54,811 nt of DNA, taken from Polymyxa betae A26-41 (lineage: Eukaryota > Protista > Endomyxa: Phytomyxea). The position numbers and the translations under genes are program-made. Shown here piece by piece: positions 27,806 through 40,654 of the stretch. The stretch's first letter is position 1. The number at the start of each line of letters is the position of its first letter. The notes under the pieces were generated by a model. The model was not told the origin of the DNA. It ran no database searches and was given only the letters and a program-made list of their open reading frames with translations. The DNA is taken from assembly GCA_003693705.1 (NCBI GenBank), contig RBZT01000568.1, positions 1-54,811 of the forward strand, written 5' to 3'.

Positions 27806-29288
27806 TTAAACAGCCATGTTTATTAGTTCTCTATGAGTGACATCGATACTTGAAGATCTCGAGATAGTCAAACTAGGTTCCTCGTCGTCGCATTCCATTT
27901 TAGTTCTGTTTGTTTTGGAAATTGGCCGTCGCTGTCTCAACCGCCTCAAAGTGCTCCTGAGTGATGAAATAAACGGTGCCGTTTTGCTCTTATGAACTTC
28001 TTGTCTTTGAGTAACCTGCTGCCTAATCATTGTTGGATCGAATCCTTCATCTATGTCTTCCTTCTCGTTCCACTAATGCTTTTCATAAGCACTTTACAGC
28101 GTGACGGGATTGCCCTGATCTTACAACGAATAAATCGGAAATGACTCCCAACCGTTCCGGCTTGTCATCAGCGAAGGGAATGATGGACGAAGACAAATAT
28201 GAACTGGATTGAACAACGCCCTCAGAACTCAAAGGCGAAGGCTGGAAGTCACTACCCGCGACCAGTAAATTCTGAACTCGGTCAGTACTGTCTTCGTCGT
28301 AGAATGCCAATTGTCTCTTACAAAGTTTTCATTAAAGCTTTTGCTAAGATCTTCATCGGAATGCCAACACTGGCCTTTTTGGGGATCAATTTCCGATTTG
28401 GTACTGAGGTCACGAGCCCGTTCCTATCCCCAATTCAGCAATCCGATGCTCAATCATGTGCCTTGCAAACCCAGGCCAGCTCTTTAGACTTGGACGGAGA
28501 CGAGGGCGATATTAATGGCTTAACGAAGCGTCCGTTGCATTGTTCAATCGAATATCTGTCATTCTTTAGCACGAATGCTTGCACTTTTTTCTGTTTGCAT
28601 TTTAGCGCCATCAAGGTTGCGGTGCAGTTATGTGACGACAAACCCAAGCAGCCGGCTCGCTGGAAGCGTAGGCCGCAAGCGAATCAGAGTCAGAATGGCT
28701 CAGCTCGGCCGATAAGCTGACAGGTGATGGGGAGCGCTGAACGATAATAAGCATACATTTACTATGAAAGCAAATAACAGAGGTGGGATGATTTGACAAA
28801 ATTGAGCACATTCCAAAAAACCTCAACAATGAGATACAAAATTTGACAAGCCAAGCATTACGTACATCACTTCTTTCAGTACGTTCTGACAATACGTCTG
28901 TGCTACTTTTTTTTGTTCTTCGTCCCAACAACGTTAACTACATCTTAATTAAGTTTGAAAGATTTGAGACGAAGATGAATACAACCAGTTTGCTGGTAAC
29001 AGTCTGTTTTGAGTATGACATCTTATCTCTTTTGAATATGAGACAATTCGCTTTCTGTTTGCACAGTAACCAATGATGTCAAGTTATAAATGAACTTCTC
29101 ATACCCCAACACTGGTAAACGACTGGGGATCCACTTCGGATGCGATGACATATATCAGGGATTGTGTCTGGCACAAGCTTGGGAAACAGCTTCTAGATCA
29201 TTCATAAGAACACACAGCTTACCATAGACGAGGACAGATGTCTCGAAGTATCATCGTCAGACTTCGACGCCGAAGATCGACGAGGCAT
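27806..29288 (-). CDS. Hypothetical multi-exon protein
   Basis: The first four exons splice in frame through GT-AG introns (MPRRSS...SSM/KLFPK...QCW/ANCLIF...SKL/LTLLGRR...WLVKF). Downstream ORF pieces run to 27806. Confidence 0.5.
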
Positions 29289-30210
29289 GATCACTCGGGT
29301 CGTCGATGAGCACAAATCAACGACGAGGCGCCATATATTGGCTGCGTGATCATCATGGCCTTCCAATTCGTCCTGAGTCAGAGGGATATCGATGGCGACG
29401 CCACAGCAAGGACCGCCGGCTTTCATCATTTTAATCGTCCCAACAAGAGCTCTGAAGGTTCATACAGTGCCAGTCTATCGAGCCGACGCTCGTTAACGAC
29501 AATCAGCATTGTGCTTAATACATATCGTTAGATATATGAGAGATGTTGGCGTGATAGAGCTGTGAGAGTGCCCCTCATGGAATGATATCGTTAACGTTAC
29601 ATGACGCTACACTTTGAACGCGGGCTGCGCGTGATGTCAATTGAGTTCGCCAAATCGCCCAGCAGCGCTGAGAGCGATTGCGTGATTTTGCCCGCACTGG
29701 CCCGGAGCGAACGTCGACATCGGACAGCAATTTATTACCGCGAAAGTTATGTCTGGTTTGTAAATTATGGAAGGCATGCTTGAGTGTGCAATTAACTGAT
29801 ACGATTCAGTCAGCTCAAATCTCCGATAGTTTTCCATAGCGATCAGTTTTCGGTCCAGGAGTGGCTGGAAGATTGAGTGTCGAAGCAATGGCTCGTTAAC
29901 ATTCAATAATTTTGTTATAAATACACATCGCAACGTTCAGTTTCAATTTGCTCGCTGTGGAAGATAGTACTGCAAGGCTATCAAGTGACGCAACAGATGT
30001 AAATCATATCTTGATGTGTTGTGGCCAATAATGCGCTGGTTCAGATCCATTCAGGACATCCTACTAACAAGACACGTCTCCGATTTCATGAAAAGTGTGT
30101 TTAAGCAGAGGTGAAGCGGTCAGCGCGACCTCTCCTTAACAAGTGCGCTTGATAAGAAACATAACCACACAAGTTTATCTTTGATCAAACACAATTTTCA
30201 GATTGCAGAA

Positions 30211-33189
30211 ATGTTCGCTCTTCGTCGTTCCTTCATCTGTAATGGTGTCATTGCTTTCTTCAGACCGGCTGTTAATAATGTATTTAGACAGAAGGGCGGC
30301 GGTCAGGTTCTCGGGTCGTGCTCAGGTGAAGCCAGCTGCAGCGGCTCCCGCGAACACCGTCACTGTCAACATTGATGGCAAAGATATTTCAGTCAATAAG
30401 AATATGACTGTTTTACAAGCCTGTGAGGAAGCTGGCGCTGAAGTGCCACGATTCTGCTATCATCCACGTCTATCTATTGCTGGGAATTGCAGAATGTGCC
30501 TTGTAGAGGTCCATGAAAACAATTGATAATATTTTGCATTCGCTTTTGAAGCTCTCCTCTAAAGAAACGAGATCTAATCAAACTCAATTTACAGGTAGCA
30601 AAATCTCCCAAGCCCGTAGCCTCGTGTGCTATGCCTTTAATGCCAGGGATGATCATTAAGACCAATACGCCAATGGTAAAGAAAGCTCGAGAAGGCGTTA
30701 TGGAATTTCTTTTAATCAATCATCCGCTCGACTGTCCTATTTGCGACCAGGTTTGGCCCATGCTGTAATTCAGCGTAATTCTTCACCGAACTGCGTCTAG
30801 GGTGGTGAATGTGACTTGCAAGATCTAAGCGTGGATTATGGTAGCGATCGTGGCCGTTATCGTGAATGGAAGCGAACAGTCGAAGATAAGGTCTAGCAAT
30901 TGCCTTTTCCAATGACCGCTTTAAATTATTCTTTAGGACATTGGTCCGATGGTCAAAACTGTCATGACTCGTTGCATTCACTGCACTCGATGTATAGTTG
31001 AGCAAATTGCATAGAAATTTTATCAAATATGCACTCCAGGCGTCCGATTTGCAGAAGAGGTGGCTGGTGTTCCCGACCTATGTGCGACCGGCCGTGGCAA
31101 TTCTGTCGAAATTGGAACGTATTTTGAGAAACCGTTCGGTAATTGAAGTTTGATACGACTTTCTAGATAGGACTTATATCTTTATCAGATTCGGAGCTAT
31201 CAGGAAATGTTGTTGATCTCTGCCCTGTTGGCGCCCTGACATCCAAGCCCTTCGCATTTGCTGCTCGGCCTTGGGAACTGCAAAAAACAGGTTGCACTCT
31301 TTTCCGGGTTTGGACAACAATGGTTAATCGTTCCAGACTCAATCGATGTCCATGACGCACTTGGCGCTGCGATTCGTGTCGACACTCGAGGGCCTCAGGC
31401 TAGTGCTACCATGGTGCCGCTTTGCAATTATTGATAGAATCACAGGTTATGCGTATCTTACCTTCAGTGAATGAAAATATCAATGAAGAGTGGATTTCTG
31501 ATCGATCTCGTAATGCATGTGATGGCCTTGCCTTACAACGTCTTGATGCTCCTATGGTTCGTCGGTCAGGCGGTATGAGCATTCGATATCATAATGATAG
31601 TTTGCCTGATTTGGCTTAGGCACCTTACAGGCTGTTACGTGGCAGGAAGCGTTTGCCAAAATTAAAGAAGATTTTAACGCTGTTGACCCTAGAATGGACG
31701 TTCGTGCTTTGGTTGGCGACCTGGTTCCTGTGTGTTTCTGCTTTATGTATTCAATGTGCTTGCATTAAGTATTAGTAGGCTGAAGCAATGATTTGTTTAA
31801 AAGACTGGCTAAACTCAGTCGGATGTAACGATATCGATTGTCGTGACCCGGCTGATCAGGTTGAATTGCTGTTTGCAATTAGCGAGGTTTTGAAAATTTC
31901 CCATAGACTGACGCTGGTTTGCGCTCGGGATATTTATTGAATTCAACAATTGGTGGAATTGAACAAGCCGACTTTATTTTATTCCTGGGTATATCTGGTC
32001 TGATCTTGTTTATTTCGCGTCAATATGCAATTCAGGCACAAACCTTCGAATGGAAGCTCCCGTTCTGAATGCTCGAATTAGAAGGTGCCAGCAAGAGACT
32101 GGATTGCTGGAATTGGCATCAATTGGCCCAAAATTCAAAGACGTCTATAATGGCTGCGATCATGTAACGCGTTTTTCCATCGAGTCAATTTTTCTGATGA
32201 TGGTTCAAATTTTTAGTTGGGAGACGATATATCGATATTATCAGCCATAGCGGAAGGGAAACATCCGGTATCCAAGAAGATGGCGGCTGCTAAATATCCC
32301 ATGATCATTGTTGGACAATCAGTTATGCAAAGAAAGGTTTTATTGCCATTTCGGAATTCATACAAACCTGAACAATTTGTATAGGATTTGTCCTCTGTTC
32401 AGGCAGCTATCGCCTTGCTAGCGTCTAAAGTCGCAAAAAATCTGATGACTCCAGACTGGAATGGTATCAGTGTGCTTCAGCTGCACGCCTCGCGTGTTGC
32501 TGCTCTAGAGTTGGGATTGGTTTCTTTGGGAAAGTCTTCTACCAAGCCTAAACTCGTCTATTTGCTTGGATGCGATAGTTTCACTAAAGAACAGGTTCCA
32601 GATGACTCGTTCGTCATTTATCAAGGTTTCAAATACCGCTTTGATTTTTGCGCATCAAACCGAGAGTGGAAATTAGGTCATCATGGTGACGCTGGAGCAT
32701 CGCGAGCTAACGTTGTCCTTCCGTCGACAGCATACACGGAAACGGCTGGCATATTCGTTAACACTGAAGGCCGTGCGCAGATGACAACGAAGGCTACAAC
32801 GCCGTTAGGCCTAGCACGTGATGACTGGCAAATCTTAAGAGCTCTTAGTGGTCGGATTATCGGCTCGAATTTTTGTTTTTCATTTTGACACTTTCACAGA
32901 GATAGTGAAGCCTGGCAGTGCTCTTCCATATGACACTATAGATGAAGTTCGAAAGCGTTTGTTTGAAATCTGTCCTCAGTGGAAGAGCATGGGAGATGTT
33001 CAACCTTCACGAACTATCTGTCCTTGGCTACCGGGAACTCCTGCTCCTCCTTTGAAAGCGGGAAAGATAAAACCTGTGGTGACCAACTTCTTCGCAACAA
33101 ACGTGATCGCCAGAGCTTCGCGTGTTATGGCTCGAGCGCAAACTGAACTTAAGAATAGCACGAATAGCTATGAACAAGCATCCAGCTAG
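30211..33189 (+). CDS. NDUFS1: NADH:ubiquinone oxidoreductase 75 kDa Fe-S subunit (nuclear, many introns)
   Basis: Arg-rich presequence; [70 protein letters not shown] and GHHGDAGA. Confidence 0.97.
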
Positions 33190-33294
33190 CGATAACATAA
33201 TACATCCCATAAGAGATTATGGTAATTAGAAACTCCCCGGATGACGTCAAATATAATATGACAGCAACGCTCTCATATATTTGACAGTTCGAGT

Positions 33295-33825
33295 TTAATT
33301 CGCAGTGCCTCTTCTGCCTGTACATCGGCGAGAGTGCAACGCAAATTTCGAAGCCGATACCATTCTTTGACAATTATTACACTTAAAAGACCCTCCCGCC
33401 AGTTTTAAGCTTGGCTGACCAAAAATGTCGACACTTTCGTCATTAGTACCTTCCGGTGCTCTGTTCAAAACAGATAAGAAACTTCATAATTAATGGAATC
33501 AGCAAATGAATTGTATGAGCAGCGGTCGATTGTAAACAATACGTAAATAGTAATATGATTACATGTGTCCGGTGGATTTGATAGATTGATGAAGGCTGAA
33601 GCACATATCGATCGCAAGCTCGTCAATAAACGCATCGAAAACATCCGATACGATCGTCTCAAAATCGACAGTTTTCAAGAGCGAGCATAGAGAGCTGGCG
33701 GCAGATACGTGCGCCTGCAAGCGAGCAATTTCGACATCTTTGGCATGAATAATATCGGCGACGGTCTTATCGTCACCCTGCATGCCAGCAGGTGAGCCTA
33801 ACAACGGCACCGTCGGTACGTCCAT
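33295..33825 (-). CDS. SGF11: SAGA deubiquitinase module subunit Sgf11/ATXN7L3-like
   Basis: FIDELAIDMCFSLH helix, DIFGQ and zinc finger CNNCQRMVSASKFALHSRRCTG. Confidence 0.8.
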
Positions 33826-33904
33826 TTGTCCGTTATCGCAACTATTTTTTAGGGAAGCATTCCGAATGACAAATAAAAACAATGTACAATAAAATCGTTT
33901 AATA

Positions 33905-36173
33905 TTACAAAATAGATATATTTGAAACATCGCGTTGCAAAACAGAAGCCAACTGTCTCTGTCTTCTTTCAGTAGTCGCAATGTCCTTCAGCTCATTGAT
34001 AACAGAAGTGATCATAAACTGTGATTCGCGTCCGAGCAACTCCTCCAGACACTTCATGGAAAACAGCAGCTTCAAACTGCGTGCCCAATGCCGGCTGCTG
34101 CCCAGCCGTCTGCCCTCTAACAAACGCTATTCAGATGTTACTAACATGCCATAAGAAACGGTTAACCTTGACGTTTGTCGTCGGCCTGGACCAAAAGCAT
34201 GCGCAGTGATGTTGCAATCTCGACGGATCCAAAATGTTCACGAATTTGTTCGCAAAATGACCGGCAGCGAATCATATCACGCATGGAAAACGCAGAGAAA
34301 CTCGTCATCAAAACAGTGGTAAAAAAGGGTCCAATCAGTGCCAAAATCAACGCTTCCATCACAGATGCAGAAAAAGCACGGATGGATCTGGTTGCCGTGA
34401 TTAGCGGCACCAGGCCTTCTGCACCTGTTATATCACAGCTGATTAATACCAATTTAATATAAGGTGCCAATAATCTCGGCAAGCTGAGATCACAGTATGC
34501 ATTATCATATTCCTGTCAAGAGTTCAGCAAAACCAGGAGCCAAAGGAATGGAATATCCCGATATACCTCACGATACGAATTCCTCCAATCGGAGAATATT
34601 TCCAAAACAGCGTCGATGGTGCTGAACCGATCGACAACATCAGCAAAGACCTGACGTGCCCTACCCTGGATCTCCAGCGCCAGCTGGAACGATTCGCGCT
34701 CGACATCGGTATCGCCGTAGGTTGTCCATCCTTCCATCCACGACGATTTCATTCGCGCCTTGGCGCTGCGACGATTACGAGAGCGCTCGCGTCGGCCAGC
34801 CTGGACGGCAGCACGGGATTCCGGTGAGATATCAGCCTGATCTTTCTCTAACGGCAGCAATGTAAAATCAATCGGAGTAGAAATATTGATGGCTTACGAT
34901 TATCTCGGATGATATCCGGAGCTGAAATGGGACGATCTTGGTCCGACCAATGCAATGACAAGACCTCGTTCATATGACGATGACGATCTTGACGAATATC
35001 GCGGTATTCGTCCCACAGTTGATCGATGATTTGAGCTTTACCCGAGACGCATTCAAGTAGGGATGCAACGGTTGCGTGTAGCTCCTGCAGACCAATGTAC
35101 TACATACGACATCGAATCAGAGACAAAATCGGAAAACGGCGCCGAGCTAGCAACCTTTCCTTCTGCGTTGGCGATCTGATTCGAGATTGTTTCGTTCTCA
35201 AGATTTAGCACGGCCAGACGGTCGCTAATCTGAGCGACTTCTCGGGAAAGAGCCACATTATCAGTTCGACATTCTTCCAATCGCGTTATAACAGCCATAC
35301 GAATCTCGGCTTCAGAAACTGTCATGGTCGCACCAGATACTGGGCTTCCCATATAATCATTATCATCCTGAAAGATACTCAGCTGTTTTCTCTGCGTTAA
35401 CAACGAGAAAGGAAACCTCCTCGATGTCTTCAAGAACAGTGGACAAGGGTGCCTTCGCGATAGTTTGTAGAAGATCGGGGACATCGTCATCATCTTCCTC
35501 ACGAACTAATGTCGATGTTCCTGATCCAGGACCATATAGTCCGCCTGTACGGAAACCGCTTTAGAGAATTTAATCAAAGCAGGCTGGAAATGGAGACCCG
35601 CTATAGCGATGGGCTCTTCTGGTTGCTGAAGAGGAATGTATTCAGGTGCCGAACTAGCATCTCGAAGTTGTTGCCTTTTGCGCTTTGCAGCAGCAATAGA
35701 TTCTTCGGTCGGTATCTGGGATTGTGGTGTCGAAGCGTTACCATCAACTTCCATTCTATCATAGTTCGAGTACGTATTCTGTAACACCAAAATTAAGAAC
35801 AAATCACTTAAAAAAAGGATATAAATCAATTCTGAAATTTCAATGAAAATTAGCGTTGCATTGAATTTTTTGCAAATTACGAGCAAATCTTTCAAAAGTG
35901 TTCTTGGAGACGAAAACACGATACCGTAATCCTGCTTTGTTCTTTACGAAGCTGATCCAGCCCTCCGTTAGAGTACATATTCGTTGAGGGAGCGTTTAAA
36001 ATCCCCGACCGCCCGTCGTCTTCGCCCAGCGTTGGCTGAGTTTCGCGAGCAGGCCGAGCTCGTCTAATGTTGCGATCCTTCCGGACCACGACTTCAGCAT
36101 CCTCTTCAACGTTGTGCTGGACGATCGTCACTTCTCGCCGAGCTGTAGAGCCGCGACGCGATTTGAATGACAT
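33905..36173 (-). CDS. GCFC-domain spliceosome disassembly factor (PAXBP1/GCFC2/Ntr2-like, multi-exon)
   Basis: IPTEESIAAAKRKRQQLR...EYIPL; VFADVVDRFSTIDAVLEIFSDWR; LPRLLAPYIKL. Confidence 0.8.
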
Positions 36174-36462
36174 CACGATGACATCGATAAACAATGATGG
36201 AAATCATCAAGAGATTTCTCCGTCAAGTTCAAGCGTCTGCGCTATCAAATGTAACGTAATTGTAATTCAGTGATAAGCTTGTGCAGAATATAGATATGAG
36301 TATACGATCTGTAAAGAGAAGTGAGTAGCTTGTCTGGCACGTAGGTCTTCTATTCTATAACAATTAGGAGGGCGTTATGTCAAGAAAATGTGAAAAAATT
36401 AGAAATACATCGTCACTGCTCGAGGCTGCCATTTTCTATGTGAGCTTCGGAAGACAACTACA

Positions 36463-36832
36463 TTGAGCTCAGAGTTTGACTGGGTTTGGCGTTTATTCGA
36501 CGCCTGGACCCGAGGCCTGTTTACTCAGGCCGCCCACGAGTACGTTGCCCTTGAGCAAATCGGTCTAAAGGTCGCTCCCATAAAGCCGTTCGCCGATTGT
36601 CGGTTCCGCCGACGACGGTTAGCCATCGTGCCGACGGCTGGTGCTAAGTAGAACCAAAGAACGTGGCGGTCCCTTGGAATCCTCATCCGCAGCTCGATAG
36701 ATTGGTGCTTTGCCTTACACTATTGCAGGCAACTTTAGCTTGGTGACAAGTTGACTGCTTGGAAACAGCCATGACATGTCTGTCATTCAGTGAGCCTCAA
36801 GTAAAAGTGAGGCTGGCGTGCTCAGGCTCCCA
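36463..36832. ncRNA. Candidate structured non-coding RNA, unidentified
   Basis: Serial hairpins GGGTTTGGCGT/ACGCCTGGACCC, GGCCTG/CAGGCC, AGCCGT/ACGGCT enclosing GTCGG/CCGAC, ATGACA/TGTCAT and AGCCTCA/TGAGGCT, in a GC-richer island between divergent genes. Confidence 0.45.
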
Positions 36833-37494
36833 ATCATCGCTAATCGGTCAGTAAGTAATAAGATAACATGTAAAGTAATTGAAAGCGAGATGGAAGCGAG
36901 CGATATTCCCCGCAACAGACAGGTTTTCCGGATTTTGAAAGCAGCTATCATCCAGAGTTATGAAATCGCTCTCAAGTATATTTTCTCCCGCCCCACAAAG
37001 GCATTCTACAAATCAAGCGGCTGTTCACTTCAAATTTGTTAAGGATAACGAATAAAGGTAGTTTTCTTGGAAAATAAATAACCCTGACCATCTCATGGCC
37101 AGGCGTGGCGACCCAGGCAGTGACGACCCTCGTTTCCGTCGTTCCCTACGGGAAGCTTCCGTTGTGACCCCAGGGACAATATTGATATCAGTCTTAGATC
37201 TTGCATTCTATTTTCGAACTCTTCACCAGTTGGGCGGAACGACAGACAGCCACAGCTGCTACTATTAACCTTTCGAAATGTGAACGTCTACACGAGACAT
37301 GCCAGACTGGATGAAACATTGTGGAAATGTATAAATATGTGAGGCCGAGAGAATCATGCCGAGGGACTGCCCAGATGTGTAACAGTGACTGTGTAGTAAT
37401 GTAGTGTAGTGGCCCTAGCTGGCGGAACCCGCTCAATGTCATTGTCATTTCTCTGTGTGTATTGTCATCATTGGTGAGAGATCATTTATTGTCC

Positions 37495-39711
37495 ATGATG
37501 AAGCAGTTCATGGATCCAGTTCATGGTATGAGATGTTCTTTGCAAACTGGCCTATGGTTTACTGTGCTTCCCCAGGTCTCATTGACATCGATGATGAACT
37601 GATTACTTTGATCGACACACCTCAGTTCCAAAGACTAAGGAATCTGTATGCTGCATTTAATTCTGATTCTTGTTGTTAAATGGCGCTCAGGTCTCAATGC
37701 GGCACATCGTATTATGTCTTTGCTGGAGCTACACATAAAAGGCTGGTTGACTGTCTTTGTGTGTAAGATCGTAATAATGATGAGGGACATCAGATTCGAG
37801 CATTGCATTGGTACTGCCCATCTTGCAGGTATGCTCTTGGAAAACATTAAGAAAACGCAACCCGAAATCGACTTGAATCGAGAAGAGATTCTACTTGTTA
37901 AAATGGCGGGTCGGTATCTGCAAATCTTGCCTGCCTGTAAAATGAAACATTTTAGGGCTGTGTCATGATTTGGGCCATGGACCTTACTCCCATGCCTTTG
38001 ATGGCTTCGTTGTAAGCCTTTTCTTGCACCTCTGCAGGATGTCAACTCAGTTGTTGTCCTAGCATAGAGTCTTTCCAGAAACAACCTGGACTCACGAGCA
38101 AGCTTCCACCATGATGCTTGTAGGGGCCACCAACATGTGTAACAATCACATTGTTCTAAACCGTTTTAAGGACTACTTGGTTGAAAATAATTCGATCGAC
38201 TTATCTTCTGAGGACGTGAAGGTTATCAAAGAAATGATTGATCCGCAAACCAACCCACAGTATTTTTATTGTTTAGAGATGAAATCTTTTGTTCTGATAC
38301 TTGTACCTTAGAACTGGGTCTAAGCGCTTTCTCTATGATGTTATATCAAACACTCGAAATTCCCTCGATGTGGATAAATTCGGTTAGATCTCTGCTCCCA
38401 ATCTGCTGCATACGAGGATAACGGATATCAGATTATCTGGCTCGTGATTCTCATTGCCTGGGGCTGAAAGGGTTTCACGACTCTCAACGGCTGATAAGTA
38501 TGGCGCGTGTTGTCAATGATGAGATTTGTTACCCTGCTAAGCACGCATGTAATAATACTGACAATACTCGTTATCGTTTGTCTATCCTGATGGTTCAATA
38601 CAGTCAGCATCTATCAACTGTTCCACACTCGTTATTCTCTTCATAAAACAGGCATGAATTTTGAAGATGGAGAACCGATTTATTAAGCATTGACTTCAGT
38701 TTATTCCCACAAGGTCTCTAACGCTATTGAGTTCATGATTACGGTAACAATACTGCATCGGTTTGTTGTCTTCTCTTACACTCATCAGGATGCTCTCGTC
38801 GCCGCCGACTCCTTCTTAGGTTTGATTCTTGCTGAAGGTGCGTTTTTGATGATCATAGTTTTTCAGGCATTTCGCGATCCTTGTATAATCCTGAAGAATA
38901 TATGCATATGACAGATGCTCTTGTCACTCAGATCGAAAGTAGCAAAGACCCTGAGCTTGAAGAGAGTCGCCGTATCCTTAAAAATATTCATCACCGTAAT
39001 TTGTATAAAGTTGCTGGAGAGGTGCCTGTTATCTGCTCACGGATTGCCGATTTTAAACTGCTCTCAAACAGATTGTAATTAAACACTCGGATGGTGTTCG
39101 CATAGGAAAAGTAACTCCCGAGGATATCAGTACTCGCCAACCTGCAGGAGGGAAATTGACACCTGACAATCTTATCATCCACAAATTTAATATGTAAGTT
39201 ATGCTTTCCATTCAGGTGTATAAGCCGCGTCAAAATGTTTCTTTCATCTAGGGATTATGCAATGAAGACAGGTAATCCTGTAGCTAATGTGAGATTTTTC
39301 AATGGATCCGATCTGACTAACAGTTTCACGATGGAGAAGTCCCAGGTCCGCTGCTTATAAGGGGTTTCTAACAGATTGCTGATTGATTTGCGAATTAGGT
39401 TTCATTTATGATCCCCGAAATGTTCAGTGAATGTATCGTAAGAGTTTACGTAAGAAATGCCACCGAACAAAACATGGAATGGGCTAGGAAAGCGTTTGAA
39501 AGGTACATATTAAACCATACTACTGCAAATTATGAAAATTTTGGTCAGTTTTTGCACCGAGAAAAGACTAACCAAACCAGGACCTGTGTATTCAAGGCCT
39601 TGTACACCAAAGAAGTTGACCTGTACCTCGCTGTTATCGCCATCTGCTCCTGCTAGCGCCAAAATATTGGACTTCAGTAGCATTGGAGATAAACGGCCCA
39701 GGCATAGTTGA
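37495..39711 (+). CDS. SAMHD1: SAMHD1-like HD-domain dNTP triphosphohydrolase (multi-exon, no SAM domain)
   Basis: [86 protein letters not shown] and [10 protein letters not shown]. Confidence 0.93.
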
Positions 39712-39824
39712 TAACAATAATACAGCCACCAGCTTATGTTGCGTTTATCGTAAACCAGGTTAATGTTCTACTGTAGGAAGCACCGACAAGTTGCTTGTCA
39801 CGCGTTAATATTCAGGTTTCACTA

Positions 39825-40596
39825 ATGGTTGTTGAACTTGAGATTTGTGTCGACTCTGTTGCTTCATGCTTAGCGGCCCAGCAAGCTGATCGCATTGAGC
39901 TCTGTTCTGCATTGTCATTGGGCGGCGTCACGCCAAGCCATGCATTTATTCAATGGGCTGTCCAGACGCTCCCGATCCCAGTACACGTTTTAATACGGCC
40001 CAGACCATACGATTTTACATATTCAAAGCAAGGTTGAACTTCATTCGTTAAAGAATGTTTTCCTTAGTTAATTTTTAGAAATTGATCTCATTCTGAACGA
40101 TATTCAGTTTGCAAAAGCTTCGGGAGCAACCGGTGTTGTAATTGGAGCTCTAGATGCTGAAGGGAATATCGATTACGATCTGTTAAGAGAATTTATTGCA
40201 GCTGCTGGGTCATTGCATGTGACATTCCATCGGGCATTCGATGCTTGTAGCGGTGATCCAGTCGCCATTGTTGAACGTTTACACCAGCTTGGGGTTAAGC
40301 GGCTCTTAACTTCCGGTCGGGAAATTTCAGCCGTCAAAGGAGCTGAAATGATCACTCGCCTTCAGAGAAACTGCCCCTCTGGGTTCACAATTATGGCAGG
40401 GGCTGGCATTACTCTAGAGAACTGTCAGAGTCTGTTGGAGGTTACAGGCGTTAAAGCGATTCATTCATCGGCAAGGTCGCCTAGCATTCCATTGAATATT
40501 GGCTCAGAAAGAAATCTTTTCAAGGAAAATTTCAAATCAGAAACATCTGTTGAAATAGTCGACAGGTTTCAAAGAATTCTTTCAAGTTTGAAGTAA
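39825..40596 (+). CDS. cutC: CutC family TIM-barrel protein (2 exons)
   Basis: ELEICVDS, ADRIELCSALSLGGVTPS, HVLIRPR, VTFHRAFD, RLLTSG and IMAGAGI. Confidence 0.95.
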
Positions 40597-40654
40597 TTAT
40601 TTTTTTGGTGATTGGTAATGCTGTGAATTTAGTCTTCCGCTAATAATCCAAGCA

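Noticed and set aside
36685-36693. Group I intron (Q-like ATCCGCAGC)
   Set aside because: No matching P, R or S elements occur in order on the same strand.
36846-36858. U1 snRNA 5' end (minus-strand TACTTACTG)
   Set aside because: It lacks ACTTACCTG, the 70K and U1A loops, and a correctly placed Sm site.
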